DNA of 63,556 nucleotides, filler included, from Collodictyon triciliatum (taxonomy: Eukaryota): assembly GCA_043381765.1 (NCBI GenBank). It is 11 parts of 11 records of this genome, joined end to end, with 100 filler letters (N's around TTAATTAATTAA, not from the genome) between each part and the next. Parts side by side here need not be neighbours in the genome. Positions count along the whole stretch, not along the records: positions 49,730 to 55,838 come from JBHJMP010004702.1; positions 55,939 to 62,044 come from JBHJMP010004703.1; positions 62,145 to 63,556 come from JBHJMP010004800.1; 8 more parts are not named here. One strand, given 5' to 3'. How positions within the stretch are numbered: position 1 is the stretch's first letter; every line of letters starts with the position of its first letter. The notes under the pieces are model-generated. The model did not search any database and was not told the origin of the DNA. It worked only from the letters and a program-made list of their open reading frames with translations. Below are positions 53,001 through 63,556 of this stretch, piece by piece. The translations under genes and the position numbers were made by a program.

Positions 53001-55355
53001 AACCACTTGATCTATATGTTATTGCCGTTAAAAGCAGAGTGAAGATTGCATCACCTCATATATACTTCTTTGTATTGATTTCCAAATAAATGGATTAGAT
53101 TCCGATTAAAAAAATTCTCACAAATCCAACAAGACGCCTTACAACATTGACGGCGTTGCAACAATACGTTGCAGAAGACCCTGAGTTCAAATATCTCGCA
53201 CAAAAAGTAACTTTGATACCTATTCCACTTATTTGGTTTTCTTTTCAAATGAAAGCACAAGATTCATATATATATATATATGTAGCACAGAAAATGTCTT
53301 TTTCCTATATTTCATATTTTAAGTTAGCTGGAGTCAGTAAACTGGGGACTTACTTTCACTTTTATTTTCTTGTATTAACGTCGTTATTTGTTTCGCCCAC
53401 CTTTTTTTTCCTCTTCCTTTTTTCTTCTTTTCTCAGGCGGTTGTATCATACATGCGGTCGATATATTTAATGAACAACAAGGAGATTTTCAATGTACACG
53501 ACCTTCCAGCAGCAGAATATTCGTTGTCTCTTGGTCTCATAGGAACTCCAAAGATAAAGTTTGGAGGAAAGGTTTTTGTACCCCTGAAATTTTTTTTAAT
53601 GAAGGAAAAACTTTATTTCTTCTTGCATTACTTTGGTTGTTTTTATTCCTCTTCATATAAAGTAAACGTCCTTATATTCCTCTTTTCTTTTTCTTTTTTC
53701 CTTTTATTTCTTTCATAAAATATTCAGACAGAATTGCAAAGTATACCTGTCACTGGAAAATCCCAGACGAAAAAATTTGAAAGCGAAAGTGATGAGAGTG
53801 ATGGAAGTGGAGATGAAGAACCATCTTCTAAAGGCGAAGTGGGTGATACTGCACCCAAGAAAAAAAGCGACGCTAACGGAAGTAACAGAGGTGAAGGAGA
53901 TGACGAGGATGATGACGGTGATGATGATGACGATGATGATGATAATGATGAAAAGGAAAGCAAGAAAACTGTAAGTTTTTGATAAAAAAATTACTCTAGT
54001 TCTTTTATTCCCTTCCCTGTTAAAATAGTTGGCGATGTAAAATCCTGAGGTTTTCCCCCCTTCATTTAAGCGACTGAAAACTCGCGTTGACCGTTTGTAT
54101 AATCGAAAAAACGCCACGATTTATTCCGAGTCGTACAAGTCACTTCGTGAAAACACGAATGAGGATGATGATGGAGATGACTTTCTGGTTGTGAAGCGAG
54201 TGGACCACGCTTTGGATGAAGATATTGTATGCCACACATTTTTTTGAACAACATGACTCACATTCACAAATTACAAAAGCGCGGCAGGAGATATTGATGT
54301 ATATAAATAAGCTGCTTTATAGATTCCGTGAATATCAGATGTGTGAAATTTCATGAGTCACACAATTCACTTGTGGTTTCTTTCATTTTTTTTTTTTATT
54401 TGATGTCCCTTTTTCTTTTGGCTTCGGCAAATAGGCTGCGCTCAGGGACGTCGCATCCAAGAAAAGCATGCGGAAAATCAAAACCGAAGGAAGAGCACAC
54501 TCGATTCGCATCAAGTTTGATGACGAAGGAAATGTAAAATGTCCCCGAATCATCATTACATACTTTATGCATAGAACATCAGACGCGTTTTTATTTTATT
54601 TTTTATTTTTTATTTTTTGCTTTTTTTTTATGATCATTTGAACTAATGGAGATACGGTTTACTTCTCTCTAGGTTATCACAGAATTTGATGAAATCGCCG
54701 AACGAACAGATAAGTTTCCCTCGCAAACTCTCGATAAGGTTCCTGATTTTCTGGAGAATCTGAAAGAGAAGATGTCTGAGCAAGATAAGGTCGACCGTCT
54801 GAGAGAGCGTGAGCGCGTTCGAGAAAAGCATAAGAAAGAACGACTCAAAATGAAGCTAAGGAACCAGAAAGCCGAGGAAGATGGAATGGTGCGTAACTCA
54901 CTTATGATTATACAGTATTTTCTCCAAACTCTTTATTTTCTTCCAACCTTTCTCTTTTTTTTTTCCGCTTAGATTTTCTATTCTTAAGACTATGCCGATA
55001 ATAAATGAATAAAAATGACCAGGGAGCCACCGTCGTGTTGGGTCCTGCTGATGAAGATGATGATAGTGATGATTATGGTGATGAAGATGATGAAGAAGAT
55101 GATGATGGTGATGACAACGAAGGAGATGATAATGAAGATGAAGGTGAAGACGAAGACGAAGATGAAGGTGAAGACGAAGACAATGAAACAAAACCGCAGT
55201 CAAGCACCATCGGGTCGAAACGCAAAGAACTGGCCGGAAAGCCGCAGATTCCGTTCCCCAACCAACGCCGTCGCGTTTCCCCAGCAGCAGAGAAGGCAGA
55301 GATAACTTTGGAGGACATGGAAAAGCTTTCGATGATGCTTCTCAATAAGAAATGA
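50012..55355 (+). CDS. DDX10: DEAD-box RNA helicase DDX10/Dbp4
   Basis: Q motif [83 protein letters not shown] and [10 protein letters not shown], with an acidic C-terminus. Confidence 0.93.
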
Positions 55356-56796
55356 CACGATTGAAGAAAAAATGAATTTTTTTTAAAAAAAAAAAACAAA
55401 TCAATAAAGACACATCAAGATACACCAGAAAGTAGACCGAGAGAGAAAGTTTGCGAATGACAGGAAGTGTCAGGCACAACCCTTTTCGCCATAATCGCGC
55501 CGTTCGGTGACCAGGGAGTGAGAACGGAGACCATTTAGAATTGCCATTAAGGATCACACATACCCACGCGCAATGGCAAAACAAAGCCTGCAATTCACTT
55601 TATACCAGGAGGGGTATGCCAATCTTTGGCCAAACGCATCACGTTCTGGGATTGCGTGCTCAGCGTTAAGCAAACAAACAAAAAACAAACAAACAAAAAA
55701 CAAACAAACAAAAAACAAACAAACAAAAAACAAACAAACAAAAAACAAACAAAAAAACAAACAAACAAACAAACAAACAAACAAACAAACAAACAAACAA
55801 ACAAACAAACAAACAAACAAACAAACAAACAAACAAACNNNNNNNNNNNNNNNNNNNNNNNNNNNNNNNNNNNNNNNNNNNNTTAATTAATTAANNNNNN
55901 NNNNNNNNNNNNNNNNNNNNNNNNNNNNNNNNNNNNNNTTTTTGGTTTTTTTTTTGGTTCGTTTTCAAAAATATATAAAGAATCGGCTGGGCAGAAAAGA
56001 AAGTTTCGAGCTGGCAACAAGAGGGAAATGATCACCCAACGAATGTTACAGTATTGACAAGCAACAGCCCATGTTCGTTTTCTTTGCAGGACTTCATGCC
56101 ATGACAGGCCAGATGAGGATAGATAACTGCGCGTTAATCACATGCGTGTGCTTGTTTATCTCTACTGGTTATCACCGACTTTGCAGCCCGATCAACACGT
56201 TTGACTTCCGCCTCTCCTGCCACAAGCAACTTGGCAAAGCAGGTTGTCGCAACAAACAGATTATTCGAAGAAAGGAATTAGAGAAGAAAAAAATGCCATT
56301 CATTGAAAAATAGTATCTGTGGAATTTATGTTCAAAGAGGACAGTTTGGACACTTAGTCTTATTACGCCTCATCTTACTCGCCGAAGAAGTTCTAATATT
56401 AACTCCTAGTGATTAGGCTCCTGAAGCTCTGCGCTAATTCCAGGAGCCACGATTATCTCACCACATTCACCGGGCGGTTTGGGCTAAAGGCTTATTTGCT
56501 TGCTGACTCATTGGCTTTCGGTGGTACTACGGCTGCATCATTCTTTATTTTATCCTTCAGCCGCCAGAAGACGATATTCACTTTCTATTATCCCTCATTC
56601 TCCTCTATTTCCTTCACGAAACTACCATTCGCTCTGGTAGTCGATCGACAAACCGCAATAACCCGCAGCATTTCGAACATATACTCTGGCTTCTTGGAGG
56701 CGTGTGTTCTAATATGTTTAAAACAAAAAGGAAAAGGGAAAGAAAGAAAAGAAAAGAAAAGAAAAAGAACAACTAGCTTTGCTTGCGCCAAGTGGG

Positions 56797-58509
56797 ATGA
56801 CAACACCACTCCCAGCTGAATCAATCGAAGCCCTTGACAGCATTGCGAAGCGTTGTGCGGGTTGTCAGAAACTTCTGTCACAACATGAGTGGAAAGTTAC
56901 AGACCAAAAGCCATTTACGGAGAGACGTCAAGAGCTATTGAGCTATGGCCAGCTCATCCATGGAGAAGCAACCAAACGTATTTCACTTATTCGTTACATT
57001 CAATAAGACGATGAAAAATTGCGACAACCAATCTCTTCCAGTTGACAAAGTATTTTTCTTTCCCCTGCTGTGTAATATGAAGTGCTTGGTATTCTGATTC
57101 TTGATTTTTCTTTATTAAAAAAAATATACTTTAGTGTATTTTTATGTATTATATTGAACATTTTCTGCTCTCTTTTATTCAATTATTTGAATCACAGTAA
57201 TATTTACTGCCCTATATTTCTAATTTTTTTTTAAAAAAAAAAGCCTGACGACAACTTTACCTCTATCAACACATATGCAGTTTCTCTTGTTCTTCGAGGT
57301 GATAGCAGCGCTGAAGGCGTTAAGAGTATCGTTAGTCGCATTAATGATATTCTCTTTCGGGCTGTATGTTGTTGTTTTTTTTTTTTAAAAAAAAAAAGAA
57401 ACATAATTTCAATTTTAGGTGTAAAATGCATATCTGTATTGCTTTTATTTTTATTTTTTTGTGTTAATTAACCACGTTAGACCATGACTGCTGCATCGTT
57501 TGCGTCGACAGTATGCTCTCCGTACAGGAAGAGGGTTCATGATTTTCTTACTTTACACTTCGATCATAAAAGATAATAGTAAATATTTTCAAAATCTAAA
57601 TTATATCCCTTTAATCATCGTTTTTGTGCCCACTCACATATAAAGGCACAAAATTGAAGTCAATATCTTTATTTCTGTAATATTTGTAGATTCAAGAGTC
57701 TACGAAGCAAATTCTCGAAAAGTTTTCCGAACTTGCGATGGGGTATACCGTCAAACAGAATAGATATCAGGTTGGAAGGAGACTCTAATATCGTATACAA
57801 TCGAACAGAAAAAAAAAGCATTCGCCCTCAGGTGATCTAAACACAGGATAATTGAAATGAACAGGTAGCTCTCACCCTCACTTCTGTGGCGTGGAATGCC
57901 TGTGATGAGCTCAAGTTTTTGCCACGCAGTCAGGTCGAGTCACTTGCAGTGATTGCAGAGTCTTCAGGAAATATTATCCAGGATGCAATTCAAGAAGTTG
58001 CTTCCTCCCTGAGGCCAAAGTCTATTGAAGATAAACTAGACGCCATAGGTATTGAGGACAAAGTGGGTGGAGACGAGGAAGACCAAGACTTGGAAGACTT
58101 TGACTTCTATGACGATCTTGGTGAGATGAGCGAGGAAGAGAACGCCGTGGTCCAACGAGCTCTAGAAATGATGACACTCATTGTTGTCCTGCTAAGAGTG
58201 CTAGTAAAGGAGATTCGCACGATTCCGTACCACGAGAATGAGGACGGATGGACAGGGCTTCTGGACCAGTTTGTGAAGCAGGTGAATGCTCTAGAATCGA
58301 CGGGAATAGACATTGGAGCAGCGATTGCTATGGACAGGAGCGAGGTGCCCACACTTGTGGACACACTAGTGGGGCAATCCGACGCGCTGTTTCGGGCCAT
58401 TATGGCAGTCCCTGTTTTATCCACACCTACGATAATCGCTGCAGTCGAGTCTGCCAAGCATGGGATAGCTTCTTTGCTGTCTGAACCGCATAAAGAGGAT
58501 GACGTCTAA
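56797..58509 (+). CDS. Cyclin-D1-binding protein 1 (GCIP)-like protein
   Basis: IHGEATK early; last exon VAWNACDELKFLP..IIQDAIQEV, an acidic linker, MSEEENAVV..LLDQFV..IDIGAAI. Confidence 0.6.
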
Positions 58510-58848
58510 GTTAATTTGCTGAGCGGAGTGCGCCGGACTGCGTGGTTTTGCTTTTCTTTTATTCGGCTGCATATTTGCTGAATTTGTGAATAAAGGGAAG
58601 CAACCAAAGATAATTGTGAGAGGGAGTGAACAAGGGAGATGCAGAGAGTAATGATTGTTGAGAAGAGGGGCTCGCACTTTGCGGTGCTGTTGGTTGGTGG
58701 TTTCTTATTTTGCAATATCCTATCCGAACCAACCTTCCAAAGAAAATTCATAAGTGGGTGAGGTTTTCGGGAACTTGACATAGAGCCCAAGAAAAGGAAT
58801 AGAGGGACAGAGAAGAGATGACTGTTGTATCAAGTAAAAGCGTGTCCC

Positions 58849-61916
<3,068 letters not shown>

Positions 61917-61957
61917 CAAGATGATCGGAAAAGACGAAGATGGTGCCGCCTAAGTGG

Positions 61958-61988
<31 letters not shown>

Positions 61989-62469
61989 TGGGGGGGTGGT
62001 GTTTTTTTTTTTTTTTTTTGCAGAATCGTCTTGGTAAAATATGCNNNNNNNNNNNNNNNNNNNNNNNNNNNNNNNNNNNNNNNNNNNNTTAATTAATTAA
62101 NNNNNNNNNNNNNNNNNNNNNNNNNNNNNNNNNNNNNNNNNNNNAAAGAAAAAAGAAAAAAGAAAAAAGAAAAAAGAAAAAAGAAAAAAGAAAAAAGAAA
62201 AAAGAAAAAAGAAAAAAGAAAAAAGAAAAAAGAAAAAAGAAAAGAAACATGGAGCTGTATGGAGGAGTGATACAACTTGTTCTCTTATTTGATTCCGACT
62301 CTTTTTTTTTTTTCAAGTTCTAGTACTTAATATCCACACCTGCAAACACGGCATCGCCATTCTCTCTTCTATCCTAAGCAAACTTGGGTTGGAGTTTGAT
62401 CCCATAAGTTAACAACTTTTTTCATATGTAAAAAAAGAATTCTGAATTTTTATTTTTTATTCCAAGGTG

Positions 62470-63420
62470 ATGCAGTCTGACGCTTTTCTGGTGTTGACCA
62501 TTCTAATCTACGTGGTAACTCTGATTCACCTTCTTGTGCAGGCACATCGACTCGTGAAATATCAGTGGGCTTTTTAACACCCCCTTAAATGACCTTTTCT
62601 TCTCCTTCGTAATTCCTTTTGTTAATCATTATTTCTTAAGAATATATGTGGATGTGATTATGTAGGCCTTTTTTTTTTTTTTTTGTGATGGCAACTTTTT
62701 AAGGTGTCGATATCCCCAGTCAATAAAAGACAATCTTTTATCTCCTTTTCAAATCTTTGTGAGGGCAAATCCCTTTGAGAAATACTCTATTTTGAGCTAT
62801 TTTAGATTTTAATATATATATATATTTGTTATTTTGCTCGATGAAGGTAATTGTCTTTCATTCAAAAGCATACACTGACCGAATACAATCACCCACACCC
62901 ACACACATTTCCCGGATTTTCTATTGTACATTTCCTTCTTTTTTTTTCTTTTGCGAAATCAAAAAAATAGACACCGACTCTCGTCTTTCCAATCATGTTT
63001 CATACAATTGAGCTTTGTTTGGGCGGGTCTTCGCTTCGTTTACTTTACTCTCGGACTCTCAGAATACGAATGGGACAAAGAATGGAAGCAAATTCTTGTT
63101 TATTGGTATGTACACCAGTTTCTTCGCTCTTGAACGAAAAATATGGACCAAAGACCATTTCATAATTTAATTATGTTGCTGCAACTTTATATATTTATAA
63201 GCATGTGAAATACACGAATGGAGATCTTAAAATACAAATTCTTTTAGGCTTCCATTCGCCATTCAGTACTCTACATTCTCACTTCTTGTGTTATTCTATG
63301 CATCGCTGGTTTACCGTCAAACACTTTGGCGATTAAATCGAGCAAGCTTTCTTGCCTTGTTTTTGGTGTCGAATATCGTACAATATATTTTCATAGCTGG
63401 TGAGCTTAATAATACCTTGT
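62470..63420 (+). CDS. GPR137/TOM1-like multi-pass membrane protein, partial
   Basis: RHRLSSFQSCFIQLSFVWAGLRFVYF...ILVYW/LPFAIQYSTFSLLVLFY; the start and exon 1 are uncertain. Confidence 0.55.
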
Positions 63421-63556
63421 AGCCTACTATTAAGATTGATCATTATCCTCCTTACTGCATCTTTATAGTTTCTTACATGAATTTATAAAACAAAAAAAAA
63501 AAAAAAAATTTTTTTGTAAAAAAAAAAAATATAAACGGAAAGAGAAAAAACAAAAA

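Overview
Eukaryotic (protist-like) draft-assembly DNA with AT-rich GT-AG introns and many microsatellites. It is not one locus: about 11 size-sorted ~6.1-kb scaffolds are joined by artificial 100-nt N44-TTAATTAATTAA-N44 spacers, so gene order across spacers means nothing. Recognisable genes: SIP5/DA2-type RING protein, a decayed zinc alcohol dehydrogenase, HSL-family esterase, PH-BEACH protein, a >=1,900-codon (ETHA)n repeat protein, a secreted single-HKD PLD/Nuc-type nuclease, a MerC-like His-tailed membrane protein, a GT49 glycosyltransferase, a trypsin-like protease, complex I ESSS/NDUFB11, GSK3, a membrane adenylyl cyclase, DDX10/Dbp4, a GCIP-like protein, sideroflexin and a GPR137/TOM1-like fragment. 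The main find is on scaffold 24876-30991: a decayed Fanzor1 (eukaryotic TnpB-like RNA-guided nuclease) element. It has degenerate inverted ends, a candidate 99-nt spliceosomal intron within the nuclease region and a hairpin-rich candidate omegaRNA. That omegaRNA is split by a 5'-truncated poly(A) LINE fragment with a perfect 15-bp target-site duplication. Family calls come from motif recognition only; no searches were run.
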